From positions 1-24,330 of the IMG/VR virus record IMGVR_UViG_3300012953_000220: DNA of 24,330 nt; one strand, given 5' to 3'. The stretch is from a virus. Its lineage: Duplodnaviria; Caudoviricetes. The position numbers and the translations under genes are program-made. Below the pieces are notes generated by a model, which searched no databases, was not told where the DNA came from, and saw nothing but the letters and a program-made list of their open reading frames with translations. Positions 1-9,388 of the stretch are shown one piece after another. Each line of letters opens with the position of its first letter. Position 1 is the stretch's first letter.

Positions 1-324
1 AAAATGGATCATCCGGATGGATTACTAAATGACAAAGGTAAAGTTATTCGAGTATGTAAACTAGGAAAAGAAAATCCAGATTGGCCAGAAGGTTATACAT
101 ACTTAGATAAATTCTTAGATGATGTAAAGAAAAAGAATAATGGTGATGTAATCTTCTTTGCAATATCAACAGAAGATTATGAATTAATGGCTTATAATAT
201 GCAAGAGCTACGTAGATATATACGTGAAGTTCAAGAAGTGGTAGTATACTATCGTAATGTAACAATTAAAACACCAAAAGGGCAAGAGAAAGGGGTTGGA
301 GTTCAAGTAAAGGTAAAAGAATAA
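1..324 (+). CDS. Putative outer-membrane spanin (Rz1/PseT.2-like), probably 5'-truncated by the window edge
   Basis: C-terminal FAISTEDYELMAYNMQELRRYIREVQEVVVYY resembles the conserved helix of T4-like o-spanins; frame is open to the window start, so no lipobox can be seen. Confidence 0.5.
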   Translation, partial: KMDHPDGLLNDKGKVIRVCKLGKENPDWPEGYTYLDKFLDDVKKKNNGDVIFFAISTEDYELMAYNMQELRRYIREVQEVVVYYRNVTIKTPKGQEKGVGVQVKVKE

Positions 325-1079
325 TGGCAACAAGACATAAAGAACAAATAACACAAATGGAAAGAGCTTTAATAGCTGCTAAACTTTCAGCACATGCATA
401 TAAGTCTGAAAAAGCAGCAAAAGCTGCATGTAAGAAAATGGGATTTCCATGGGCACAACTAATATCAAAAGATGGAGCAGAAGTATTAATAGCAAAAGAT
501 AGAAACGATCTATGGTTTGCATTTAGAGGTACAGAACCAAGTAAACTAAATGATGTAACCGCAGATCTTAAATTAATTAAAAACTCTGCAATGGCAGGGG
601 GAAAAGTTCATTCTGGTTTCCAAGATGAGGTTAATGATCTTTGGATGGATATCTTAAAAGAAATCGAACATAACGAACAACTTAAAATTAAAAAGGACAT
701 ATATATGTGTGGTCATTCATTAGGTGCTGCAATGGCAACTATAGCTTCCACACGACATGCTCCAGTCGAATTATTTACTTTTGGATCTCCAAGAGTAGGT
801 GGACCAAAATTCATTAGAAACATAACATGTCCACATTTACGTTTTCAAAACAATAATGATATTGTAACAAGAATACCTCCATCATGGTTAGGTTTTAGAC
901 ACCACGGTGAAATGATTTATTTCGATAGATTTGGTAATAAACAAATTAAACCAACATGGAAAGATTTGTTCTATGGTATTCTCAATTCTTGGAAGAAATT
1001 TAAGTTCTTTGATGGAATTGTAGATCATGGAATGCCAAATTACGTAAAGGCAATAACGAAACTGTCTAAACTAAAATAA
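324..1079 (+). CDS. Class 3 lipase (alpha/beta hydrolase)
   Basis: FRGT, VHSGF, nucleophile elbow GHSLG, TFGSPRVG, NNDIV (Asp) and DH (His) motifs of Lipase_3. Confidence 0.9.
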   Translation: MATRHKEQITQMERALIAAKLSAHAYKSEKAAKAACKKMGFPWAQLISKDGAEVLIAKDRNDLWFAFRGTEPSKLNDVTADLKLIKNSAMAGGKVHSGFQDEVNDLWMDILKEIEHNEQLKIKKDIYMCGHSLGAAMATIASTRHAPVELFTFGSPRVGGPKFIRNITCPHLRFQNNNDIVTRIPPSWLGFRHHGEMIYFDRFGNKQIKPTWKDLFYGILNSWKKFKFFDGIVDHGMPNYVKAITKLSKLK

Positions 1080-1327
1080 TGAATTTCTTGTTTATTCTTA
1101 CGCTGAAGAGTATTTTCACTTCAGTCGTAGGATCTCAATTTTATAAATGGTATTCGACAACTAAAATGGGCATTTATTTTCAAGCGAGAATAGATCAATT
1201 TATGGAATATCTTTCTGAAAAATATCAAATTGAATTGACAAAGAAGCAATCTAAATTCGAAGCTGACTATCCATTAATGATGGAAAGAATTGAGGAAATA
1301 GAGCGCAAATTAAAAATTAAAAAATAA
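1079..1327 (+). CDS. Hypothetical protein with hydrophobic N-terminus
   Basis: 82 aa ORF translationally coupled (TAATG) to the lipase. Confidence 0.75.
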   Translation: MNFLFILTLKSIFTSVVGSQFYKWYSTTKMGIYFQARIDQFMEYLSEKYQIELTKKQSKFEADYPLMMERIEEIERKLKIKK

Positions 1328-1329
1328 AT

Positions 1330-1360
1330 CATGTACATTTGTTTGTAAATATGGTATAAT
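1330..1360 (+). promoter_or_regulatory. Early/sigma70-type promoter P1 (TGTACA-N17-TATAAT, extended -10 TG)
   Basis: CATGTACA...TGGTATAAT upstream of nrdA; motif recurs 8 times in the window. Confidence 0.85.
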
Positions 1361-1395
1361 AGACCTACAAATAAATTTACAGTATGGGATAAATC

Positions 1396-3714
1396 ATGAC
1401 GATAAATGTCACTAAGAGAGATGGCAAACTAGAAGAATTTGACTTAGATAAAATACATAAAGTCCTATTCTGGGCAACTGAAGGAATCACCGGGGTTTCA
1501 GTATCTGAAATAGAAATCAAAGCTAATATACAATTATACGATAATATACCTGCGTATGATTTACATGAATTATTAATTAAATCAGCTTCTGAACTCATCA
1601 ATGAACATACTCCAAATTATCAATTCGTAGCAGCAAGACTTATTAATTATAAGCTTCGTAAAGAAGTTTATGGTGGATATGAACCATGGAATTTAGTAGA
1701 TCTTATTAAACACAATGTTGAAGAGAAGATTTATGATGAAGCAGTATTACTACGATATAATGAAAAAGAATTAAACGAAGCTAATGATTATATTAAACAT
1801 GATCGAGACTTTACATTTACATATGCTGGAATGGAACAATTTAGAGGTAAGTATTTAGTTCAAGATAGATCAACGGGGAAAGTATTTGAAACTCCTCAAA
1901 TGTTGTATATGATGGTAGCTTTAACACTATTCGAATCTTCTGGTGATAGATCAACATCTAAACCCGAAGACGATATAGATCAAACTAGAATGAAATGGGT
2001 AAAGGAGTTTTATGATGCAATATCACAATTTTACATATCTTTACCGACTCCAATTATGGCTGGTGTCCGCACCCCTACCAGACAATTCAGTAGTTGTGTT
2101 CTTATTGAATCCGGCGATAGTCTCGATTCTATTAATGCTACTGCAACGTCTATTGTCAAATATATAAGTAAGAAAGCTGGAATTGGAATTGGTGCAGGTG
2201 GAATTAGAGGTGTAGGAGCAAGAATTGGAGATGGTTCCGTTGTTCATACTGGATTAATTCCATTCTTAAAATACTTTCAAGCAGCAGTCAAATCTTGCTC
2301 TCAAGGTGGAGTAAGAGGTGGAGCAGCAACAGTATATCTTCCAATATGGCACTACGAATTTGAAGATTTAGTAGTATTAAAAAACAATAAAGGCGTAGAT
2401 GAAACTCGTGTAAGACATATGGATTACGCATTTCAATTTAATAAATTAATGTATCAACGTTTAATTGAAGGTGGTAATATTACTTTCTTTTCTCCTGATG
2501 ATGTACCTGATTTGTATGATGCATTTTATTCAGATCAAAAAGAATTCCAAAAATTATATGAAAAATATGAAAGAGCATATTCTATAAGAAAGAAAACTCT
2601 TCCAGCATTAGAAGTATTTCAATCATTCTTAACAGAAAGAAAAGACACTGGTAGAATATATCTAATGAATGTAGATCATGCTAATGATCACGGTGCATTT
2701 GATCCATATGAAGCACCAATTAGAATGTCAAATTTATGTTGTGAGATTGATTTACCTACAACTCCATTAGATCATGGAGAAGAAGGAGAAATATCTTTAT
2801 GTACATTAAGTGCTATTAATTGGGGAATGATTAATGATCCAAAAGATTTCGAAAAATATTGTACTTTAGCTGTTAGAGCTTTAGACAATCTTCTTCAATA
2901 CCAAGGTTATCCCGTTGAAGAAGCACGTAGAGGAACAATGGGAAGACGACCATTGGGAATAGGGATAATCAATCTTGCATACTTCTTAGCTAAACGTGGT
3001 CTTAAATACGATGAAAGCGCATTTGATATTATTGACGAGTATGCAGAAGCTTGGTCATATTATCTTATTAAGGCAAGTGCAGATCTTGCCATAGAAAAAG
3101 CAGCATGTACATGGAATAATCAAACAAAATATGCACGTGGGGTTCTTCCAATTGATACATATAAAGGTGCAGTAGATAATTTAACTGAGCATAAAGAGCG
3201 TATGCCATGGGACGATTTAAGAGATCAACTCAGAGAAACAGGCATTCGCAATTCGACTCTTATGGCATTAATGCCTGCTGAAACATCTGCACAAATTAGT
3301 AATAGCACAAACGGTATTGAACCTCCAAGGGCTTTAGTATCGTATAAACAATCGAAAGATGGTGTAATGGCTCAAGTCGTTCCAGGTATCGTTCAATTGA
3401 AAAATAAATATGATCTCCTTTGGGACCAAAAAAGTCCAGATGGATATCTTAAAATCTGTGCTATACTTCAAAAATATATTGACCAAGGAATTAGTGTCAA
3501 TACATCTTATAACCCTGAACATTTTGAAGATCAAAAAGTTCCTATGTCTGCCATGATTGGAGATTTAGTAACAGCATATAAATTTGGTCTCAAACAACTA
3601 TATTACTTTAACACTTTCGATGGAGCTGGTGAAATGAACGAAGAAGAAATACAAGAACAAATTACAGAACAACAATTAATAGATGATGAAGATTGTGAGA
3701 GTTGTGTAATATGA
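1396..3714 (+). CDS. nrdA: Class Ia ribonucleotide reductase alpha subunit with N-terminal ATP cone
   Basis: VTKRDG ATP cone, PTPIMAG, QFSSCVL, SNLCCEI, MPAETSAQISNSTNGIEP, KQLYY, C-terminal CESC. Confidence 0.98.
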   Translation: MTINVTKRDGKLEEFDLDKIHKVLFWATEGITGVSVSEIEIKANIQLYDNIPAYDLHELLIKSASELINEHTPNYQFVAARLINYKLRKEVYGGYEPWNLVDLIKHNVEEKIYDEAVLLRYNEKELNEANDYIKHDRDFTFTYAGMEQFRGKYLVQDRSTGKVFETPQMLYMMVALTLFESSGDRSTSKPEDDIDQTRMKWVKEFYDAISQFYISLPTPIMAGVRTPTRQFSSCVLIESGDSLDSINATATSIVKYISKKAGIGIGAGGIRGVGARIGDGSVVHTGLIPFLKYFQAAVKSCSQGGVRGGAATVYLPIWHYEFEDLVVLKNNKGVDETRVRHMDYAFQFNKLMYQRLIEGGNITFFSPDDVPDLYDAFYSDQKEFQKLYEKYERAYSIRKKTLPALEVFQSFLTERKDTGRIYLMNVDHANDHGAFDPYEAPIRMSNLCCEIDLPTTPLDHGEEGEISLCTLSAINWGMINDPKDFEKYCTLAVRALDNLLQYQGYPVEEARRGTMGRRPLGIGIINLAYFLAKRGLKYDESAFDIIDEYAEAWSYYLIKASADLAIEKAACTWNNQTKYARGVLPIDTYKGAVDNLTEHKERMPWDDLRDQLRETGIRNSTLMALMPAETSAQISNSTNGIEPPRALVSYKQSKDGVMAQVVPGIVQLKNKYDLLWDQKSPDGYLKICAILQKYIDQGISVNTSYNPEHFEDQKVPMSAMIGDLVTAYKFGLKQLYYFNTFDGAGEMNEEEIQEQITEQQLIDDEDCESCVI

Positions 3715-4787
3715 CAAAAGTACTTAATAAAAATAAAAAATCACACTTAATAAAAAATATGTTTTTCGATGAAGGAGTAGATATCGCAAGATATGACCAA
3801 TTAAAATATCCTCAAATAGATAAGATTACAGAAAAACAATTAGGATTTTTTTGGAGACCTGAAGAAGTAGATGTTTCCAAAGATAAAAAAGATTTTGATC
3901 AACTTACCGATCATGAAAAACACATCTTTACAAGCAACTTAAAAAGACAAATTCTATTAGACAGCGTACAAGGAAGAGCACCAAATATGGCATTCTTACC
4001 TATTGCTTCATTACCTGAAGTTGAAAACTGGATAGAAACATGGTCATTTTTTGAAACAATACATTCAAGATCTTATACGCATATCATAAGAAATGTATAT
4101 CCAAATCCATCTGCAGTATTTGATAATATGTTAGATATAAAAGAAATATTAGAATGTGGTAATGATATAGCAAAATATTATGATGATTTAATAGATTGTA
4201 ATAATGGTCCTACAAATAAAATAGATCATAAAAAAGCATTATGGATGTGTATGTTAAGTGCAAATGCATTAGAAGGCATACGTTTCTATGTTTCCTTTGC
4301 ATGTTCATGGGCATTTGCAGAACTTAAAAGAATGGAAGGTAATGCTAAAATTATTAAATTCATATGTAGAGATGAAAATACTCATCTTGCAGGAACAACG
4401 GTTTTAATTAAAAAACTATTACAAGAAGATCCAGATTTTGTTAAGATACAAAAACAAATGGAACCAGAAGCAATAGATTTATTTACTAGAGTTATTGAAC
4501 AAGAAAAAGAATGGGCTAATTACTTATTTAAAGATGGCTCTATGATTGGATTAAATGAAAAGCTTTTAAGTGACTACGTAGAATGGATAGGCTGCAAAAG
4601 AATGCGGGCTTTAGGTATGCCATGTCCATATACTGTAGGAAAACTTAATCCATTACCATGGACTGAAAAATGGATTAGTGGTGGTAACGTACAAGTAGCT
4701 CCTCAAGAAACCGAAATAACTTCGTATGTTTCTGGTGGAGTAAAACAAGATGTTGATCAAAAAACCTTATCTAATTTGTCACTATGA
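3711..4787 (+). CDS. nrdB: Class Ia ribonucleotide reductase beta subunit
   Basis: FFWRPEEV, LDSVQGR, ETIHSRSY, EGIRFYVSF, RDENTH, VQVAPQETEITSY; start placed at the ATGA overlap with nrdA. Confidence 0.98.
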   Translation: MTKVLNKNKKSHLIKNMFFDEGVDIARYDQLKYPQIDKITEKQLGFFWRPEEVDVSKDKKDFDQLTDHEKHIFTSNLKRQILLDSVQGRAPNMAFLPIASLPEVENWIETWSFFETIHSRSYTHIIRNVYPNPSAVFDNMLDIKEILECGNDIAKYYDDLIDCNNGPTNKIDHKKALWMCMLSANALEGIRFYVSFACSWAFAELKRMEGNAKIIKFICRDENTHLAGTTVLIKKLLQEDPDFVKIQKQMEPEAIDLFTRVIEQEKEWANYLFKDGSMIGLNEKLLSDYVEWIGCKRMRALGMPCPYTVGKLNPLPWTEKWISGGNVQVAPQETEITSYVSGGVKQDVDQKTLSNLSL

Positions 4788-4966
4788 AGAAAGAAACAGA
4801 AAAAAAGATTCTTCAAGCGGCTAATCTTTCTCCAGGAGAAGAATGGATAGAAAAGGTAGTAGAAGTACATCCAATGAAACAAGTATTTATTATGAGTATT
4901 GTACAAATAGTAGTATTAGCTTTTATGGGTGTATCGATGTTTACAATAGGAGTATTATTTAAATGA
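4784..4966 (+). CDS. Small membrane protein
   Basis: 60 aa, C-terminal hydrophobic helix, overlaps both neighbours by 4 nt. Confidence 0.75.
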   Translation: MKKETEKKILQAANLSPGEEWIEKVVEVHPMKQVFIMSIVQIVVLAFMGVSMFTIGVLFK

Positions 4967-5199
4967 TAGAAATATATGGAAAACCAGTATGTCCATACTG
5001 TGATAAAGCAAAAGCTTTATGTAAACAAAACAATTACGAATATGTATATAAACAACTTGATGTTGATTTTACAAGAGAGGAATTGTTTGAAAAATTTCCA
5101 GGAGCAAGAACTTTTCCACAAATAAAAATAGATGGTGATAATATAGGAGGTTATCAACAACTAGAAGAGTGGCATAATACTGATTGGAACGAAAAGTGA
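4963..5199 (+). CDS. nrdC: Glutaredoxin (T4 NrdC-like)
   Basis: CPYC active site, RTFPQI, IGGY. Confidence 0.93.
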   Translation: MIEIYGKPVCPYCDKAKALCKQNNYEYVYKQLDVDFTREELFEKFPGARTFPQIKIDGDNIGGYQQLEEWHNTDWNEK

Positions 5200-5348
5200 T
5201 TTTTAACTTTTCATGTCCTGAATGTTATATGGAATGCGAAATTTCTATACAAGAGGATGATGATATGTTAGTACCTGAGCCTTGTTTTTGCCCATTCTGC
5301 GGGTTTGGAGAACCTAAAGAAGAAATAGATGATGAAGAAGATGTATAA
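5196..5348 (+). CDS. Small acidic zinc-ribbon/rubredoxin-like protein (50 aa, not in the ORF track)
   Basis: GTG start overlapping the glutaredoxin stop; MIFNFSCPECYMECEISIQEDDDMLVPEPCFCPFCGFGEPKEEIDDEEDV with CPEC and CPFCG. Confidence 0.8.
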   Translation: MIFNFSCPECYMECEISIQEDDDMLVPEPCFCPFCGFGEPKEEIDDEEDV

Positions 5349-5351
5349 ATA
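5344..5351 (+). promoter_or_regulatory. T4-type late promoter TATAAATA
   Basis: Exact T4 gp55 consensus, 5 nt before ATG 5357. Confidence 0.75.
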
Positions 5352-5356
5352 CATAT

Positions 5357-5812
5357 ATGGATTGGACATATCAGGGCAGAAAATGGGAGCCACCGACAGA
5401 TTTTAATTCTGACGTATATTACGGATTTGTTTATAAAATAACAAATCGATTTACAGGAATGAAATATATCGGTAAGAAGTTTTTTTGGAGTAAAAAAACT
5501 CTACCAATCACAAAAACACGTAAACGTAGAAAGAAACTATTAGTAGAAAGCGATTGGAAACAGTATTATGGGAGTAGTAAAAACCTTCTGGAGGATATTG
5601 AAACAATGGGAAGTGAAGCTTTTTGTCGCGAGATCCTTATTTTATGCAAAACTAAGGGTGAATGTGCTTATCTGGAAGCAAAAGTTCAATTCGAAGAAGA
5701 TGTATTACTTCGTGAGGATTACTACAATGGCATTATCAATGTTCGTATTGGTGGAAATTCTGTCAAATATCTGAAAGAAAAGCATGTACAAAACACTAAA
5801 AATATGGTATAA
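5357..5812 (+). CDS. GIY-YIG family endonuclease
   Basis: YGFVYKITN...KYIGKK, YYGSS, conserved E and YYN. Confidence 0.85.
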   Translation: MDWTYQGRKWEPPTDFNSDVYYGFVYKITNRFTGMKYIGKKFFWSKKTLPITKTRKRRKKLLVESDWKQYYGSSKNLLEDIETMGSEAFCREILILCKTKGECAYLEAKVQFEEDVLLREDYYNGIINVRIGGNSVKYLKEKHVQNTKNMV

Positions 5813-5813
5813 T
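5783..5813 (+). promoter_or_regulatory. Early promoter P2 (TGTACA-N17-TATAAT)
   Basis: AGCATGTACA...TGGTATAATATACCCA directly before ATG 5821. Confidence 0.85.
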
Positions 5814-5820
5814 ATACCCA

Positions 5821-6231
5821 ATGTCGAAAAATAATGTAATACAATTTCCAACTGCACGTAGGCAACAAATGATTGCTCGCGAACAGTTATTTGAATCTGA
5901 TGCTTTTTATGAAGAATTAAATATACACGAAGATTGTATTTCTTTGGCTAGGTTTTGTTTATCTATTATAGACGAAGCAGCTTTAGAACATTACGCTCAT
6001 GAATTTAATATGAATGAGCCTGATTCAGATGAATATAAAGATATGTTTGTCATATTGAATTTATTAGTTTCTGTGTTTATGCGCAATCAAGATCAAAAAC
6101 ACATATTACAAGATGATCTAACTGAGTTATATGCCAAATTAAAAATATTAGAATTTCATTCAGAAAATGACGAAGAAATTGATTTCGACAATTTAATTAT
6201 AAAGGATGAAGAAGAAGATGATATTACTTGA
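5821..6231 (+). CDS. Hypothetical acidic protein
   Basis: 136 aa ORF starting at promoter P2; N-terminal NVIQFP motif common in phage proteins. Confidence 0.8.
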   Translation: MSKNNVIQFPTARRQQMIAREQLFESDAFYEELNIHEDCISLARFCLSIIDEAALEHYAHEFNMNEPDSDEYKDMFVILNLLVSVFMRNQDQKHILQDDLTELYAKLKILEFHSENDEEIDFDNLIIKDEEEDDIT

Positions 6232-7072
6232 TTATAATCAAATTGCTCTATCAAATATAATAGTACAAAAATTAGATGATGAAGCTCTTATAAGACATAT
6301 GATACTAAATAGTATTCGTATGTATAATAAAAAATATCGTGATGAATATGGCCAAATGGTTATATGTGCAGACGGTTTTAATACGTGGAGAAAAGAATAT
6401 TATCCACAATATAAGCAACATCGTAAAAAGAATAGAGACAATTCTGATCAAGATTGGACAGAAATATTTAGAGTTTTAAATCTTGTAAGAGAAGAAATCA
6501 GAGAATATCTTCCTTACAAAGTAATGCACATGGAAGGCTTTGAAGCTGATGATATGATAGGTGCATTAGCAATAGAAACACAAGAATTTGGTAAGAATGA
6601 ACCAGTAATGATCATATCTTCTGATAAAGATTTTGTTCAATTACAAAAATATTCAAATGTGAAACAATTTTCTCCTATTCAAAAGAAAACTGTTTCGGAT
6701 CCAAATCCTCGAAAGTTCTTATTTGAACATATATGTCGAGGAGATAAAAGTGATGGTATTCCTAATGTGTTATCTGGAGATAATGTGTTTGTTGATGAAG
6801 TAAGACAATCCCCGATGACTCAAAAGAAGATCGATCATTGGCTTGAAAATTCAGATAAACTACAAGAAGTTATGACTTCAGAAGAATATCGTAATTTTCA
6901 GAGGAATAAAACTTTAATAGATTTACACGAAATCCCTTCGGATAAGGTTGAAACTATTATAGATAACTATATAAACCAAAAACCAGCGATGAAGATGCGG
7001 GTTTTAAATTATCTAATCAAGAAAAGATGCAATAATTTGATTGAAAGCGTAGAGGAATTTTACAATGGCTAA
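6218..7072 (+). CDS. rnh: T4-type RNase H / 5'-3' flap exonuclease
   Basis: ILLDYNQ, WRKEYYPQYKQHR, EADDMIG, SSDKDFVQL, GDKSDGIPN; start set at MILLD. Confidence 0.93.
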   Translation: MILLDYNQIALSNIIVQKLDDEALIRHMILNSIRMYNKKYRDEYGQMVICADGFNTWRKEYYPQYKQHRKKNRDNSDQDWTEIFRVLNLVREEIREYLPYKVMHMEGFEADDMIGALAIETQEFGKNEPVMIISSDKDFVQLQKYSNVKQFSPIQKKTVSDPNPRKFLFEHICRGDKSDGIPNVLSGDNVFVDEVRQSPMTQKKIDHWLENSDKLQEVMTSEEYRNFQRNKTLIDLHEIPSDKVETIIDNYINQKPAMKMRVLNYLIKKRCNNLIESVEEFYNG

Positions 7073-7559
7073 AAAGAAAATGATATCAGAAATACTTGAG
7101 CTAGCTGCCAAGTGTGAATCACAAGAGGAACGTTCTAAGTTCCTAAAGGAGAATTACTCAATTCCCTTAATAACAATTTTAAGAGGTGCTTTTGACGATT
7201 CTGTTCAATGGAATCTACCAAAAGGTGAACCTCCATATAGAAAGGATGATGCTCCAAAGGGGTATGAACCTTCAAATTTATATAAACAGCAAAGAAGGTT
7301 TGGATATTTCGTTAAAGGCGGAAAAGGTGAATCTATGTCTGCTGTTAAACGAGAACAATTGTTCATCTCCATATTGGAATCATTACATCCAAATGAAGCT
7401 GAACTAGTTATTGCTATGAAGGATAAGAAATTAGCAGGCAAATATAAAGGAGTAACTGAAAAGTTAATCAGAACTACATGGCCCAATCTTATCCAAGCAA
7501 AGGAGACAGTTAAAAAGAGTGAAAAAAAAGTAGCTGTCAAGGAGAAAACTGAAGACTAA
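7065..7559 (+). CDS. Conserved T4-like phage hypothetical protein downstream of rnh
   Basis: WNLPKGEPPY, KREQLFISILESLHPNEAELVIAMKDK pattern typical of this phage family. Confidence 0.8.
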   Translation: MAKKKMISEILELAAKCESQEERSKFLKENYSIPLITILRGAFDDSVQWNLPKGEPPYRKDDAPKGYEPSNLYKQQRRFGYFVKGGKGESMSAVKREQLFISILESLHPNEAELVIAMKDKKLAGKYKGVTEKLIRTTWPNLIQAKETVKKSEKKVAVKEKTED

Positions 7560-7670
7560 GGAGGTGATCAAGACTATTTCGTGATTGGTATTTTTCATCA
7601 ATTATTAATAAGGAGGACACACCAAAGAATTTACGAGTAAACCCCTATCTGCAGGTAGGGGTGTACTTTT
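7557..7670 (+). ncRNA. Candidate 3'-UTR/small RNA with two orphan Shine-Dalgarno sequences, a hairpin and a terminator
   Basis: TAAGGAGGTGATC 7557-7569, hairpin 7581-7605, TAAGGAGG 7609-7616, no properly spaced start codon, then terminator hairpin. Confidence 0.4.
7641..7670 (+). terminator. Intrinsic terminator overlapping the -35 of P3
   Basis: ACCCCTA(7641-7647)/TAGGGGT(7656-7662) stem followed by GTACTTTT. Confidence 0.7.
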
Positions 7671-7690
7671 CACCAAAAATGTGGTATAAT
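7661..7690 (+). promoter_or_regulatory. Early promoter P3 (TGTACT-N17-TATAAT)
   Basis: GTGTACTTTT...GTGGTATAAT, ATG at 7696. Confidence 0.8.
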
Positions 7691-7695
7691 ATATT

Positions 7696-8247
7696 ATGAA
7701 TATTTTTATTTTAGATAATGATCCTGTGATAGCTGCTCAAATGCAGTGCGACAAACACGTCGTCAAAATGATAGTAGAATCAGCACAAATGCTTTCAACG
7801 GTACATCGTATGGTTGATGGAACTATGGAACGTAGACCATCAAAGTCAGGATCTATGTTACAATATTGGAAACTAGAAGACGAAAGAGAAGATTTACTAT
7901 ATAAAGCATGTCATTTTAATCATCCATCGACAGTATGGACAAGAGAATCAATGCACAATTATAGATGGCACTATGTTCATTTTATGGCATTATGTAAGGA
8001 ATATACATATCGATATGGAAAAATACATTCAACAGAAACAAAATTGGCAGAAGCTTTAAGTAAATTACCAGATAATATACCAGTTAAAAGAATGACTCCA
8101 TTTAAATTAGCAATGGCCTCATTTCCAGAATGTATAACAGAAGATCCAATAGAATCTTACAGAAATTTTTACGAAACAAAACAAGAACGATTTAAAATGG
8201 CGTGGACAAAACGCCCTCAACCGGAGTGGTTTAATGCCAAGATATGA
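7696..8247 (+). CDS. Pyrimidine-dimer DNA glycosylase / DenV-family protein
   Basis: MNIFILD, CDKHVVKMIVESAQMLST, HFNHPSTVW, EYTYRYGKIH. Confidence 0.8.
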   Translation: MNIFILDNDPVIAAQMQCDKHVVKMIVESAQMLSTVHRMVDGTMERRPSKSGSMLQYWKLEDEREDLLYKACHFNHPSTVWTRESMHNYRWHYVHFMALCKEYTYRYGKIHSTETKLAEALSKLPDNIPVKRMTPFKLAMASFPECITEDPIESYRNFYETKQERFKMAWTKRPQPEWFNAKI

Positions 8248-8479
8248 TTTTAAAAATCTAAAAACAGGTGAAGTTACAGAATACACTATGAGTTGGAAAG
8301 AATTAGACAAATTTAAAGAAGATAATCCAGATCTACAACAACAGATTGGAACTTCGAATATGATTAGAGGTAAAGAAGGATCTATGCTTAATAAAGCTGG
8401 TGATGGTTGGAAAGAAGTCCAAGACAGAATCAAAAGTGGAATGCCACCAAGATTGCGTGGCAATATAAGAACGAAATGA
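8234..8479 (+). CDS. FmdB-like small phage protein (Cys-less)
   Basis: MPRYDFKNLKTGEV...F.EDNP...GWKEVQDRIK. Confidence 0.7.
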   Translation: MPRYDFKNLKTGEVTEYTMSWKELDKFKEDNPDLQQQIGTSNMIRGKEGSMLNKAGDGWKEVQDRIKSGMPPRLRGNIRTK

Positions 8480-8715
8480 GATTAGCACACAATATTATAA
8501 TATTGCAAATTGTAATTATTTTATCAATATTAATTTTTACGAGTGGTTGTTCAACTATTGAAGTAATAGATGGATTATGTTATAACGATAAAGATGGAAC
8601 ACACATATGTGAAAAACAAGAAGTTCCATCTGAACCAATTGATCGTTGGGAACTATGTAAGCCTTGGATGACTCATGATCCAGAAACATGGCAAAATTGT
8701 ATGATGATAGCCTAA
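8476..8715 (+). CDS. Putative small lipoprotein
   Basis: Start reassigned to ATG 8476 (ATGA overlap); hydrophobic signal ending TSG-C, four further Cys. Confidence 0.65.
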   Translation: MRLAHNIIILQIVIILSILIFTSGCSTIEVIDGLCYNDKDGTHICEKQEVPSEPIDRWELCKPWMTHDPETWQNCMMIA

Positions 8716-9386
8716 TGTTTGATATATCAGAATTAAATAATAGTCCATATGGATTAGAACAAGTAAACGGTGGTCCAGCTGGAAGATATTATACAGATCC
8801 AGACGGAGACAAATACTATAGTATAACAAATGTACTTTCGATATTAAGCGAAGAAAGTATTCAAAAATGGAGAGCTAAAGTTGGTGAAGAAGAAGCAAAT
8901 AGAATTTCTAGAAATGCTTCATCAAGAGGTAATGAAGTACATGATATGTTGGAAGCTTTCGTCTTAAATGCTGCAGGTGCACCAAATCCAAGTTTAATAG
9001 CTCAATCAAACTTTAGAGATATTAAACCTATTATAGAAAAGAACTTAACAAAGGTTTATGCTACTGAAAAAAGAATGTATTCGAAGCATTTAGGTGTAGC
9101 TGGAACAGTAGATTGTGTTGGAGTATGGGATAATAAGATAAGTATTATAGACTGGAAAACTTCAGCAAAATATAAGAAAAAAGAATGGATATCAAATTAC
9201 TTTATGCAAGCAGCAGCTTATGCTATTATGTGGGAAGAAAGAACTGGTCAACCAATAACTCAATTAGTGGTTGCCATTGCAGGAGACGCAGGACCTCAAA
9301 TATTTATCGAAAAACGTGATAATTGGACTGAGGATTTAATAAATACTATAACGGAGTTTAAAAGAAGAAAACTCTTTGGGAGATAA
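8715..9386 (+). CDS. PD-(D/E)XK exonuclease (MGME1/RecB-like, conserved in T4-like phages)
   Basis: YSITNVL, RGNEVH, AGTVDC, IIDWKTS, YFMQAAAYA; start at TAATG overlap. Confidence 0.88.
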   Translation: MFDISELNNSPYGLEQVNGGPAGRYYTDPDGDKYYSITNVLSILSEESIQKWRAKVGEEEANRISRNASSRGNEVHDMLEAFVLNAAGAPNPSLIAQSNFRDIKPIIEKNLTKVYATEKRMYSKHLGVAGTVDCVGVWDNKISIIDWKTSAKYKKKEWISNYFMQAAAYAIMWEERTGQPITQLVVAIAGDAGPQIFIEKRDNWTEDLINTITEFKRRKLFGR

Positions 9387-9388
9387 GA

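Noticed and set aside
1396-4787. Intein or intron in RNR genes
   Set aside because: Normal lengths and continuous motifs; only a short polar loop (SSGDRSTSKPEDD) in NrdA
5357-5812. Intron-encoded homing endonuclease
   Set aside because: Free-standing, catalytic domain only; nrdA and nrdB are uninterrupted
8715-9386. Cas4 / CRISPR-associated nuclease
   Set aside because: Lacks the four-Cys Fe-S motif; matches the ordinary T4-like PD-(D/E)XK exonuclease
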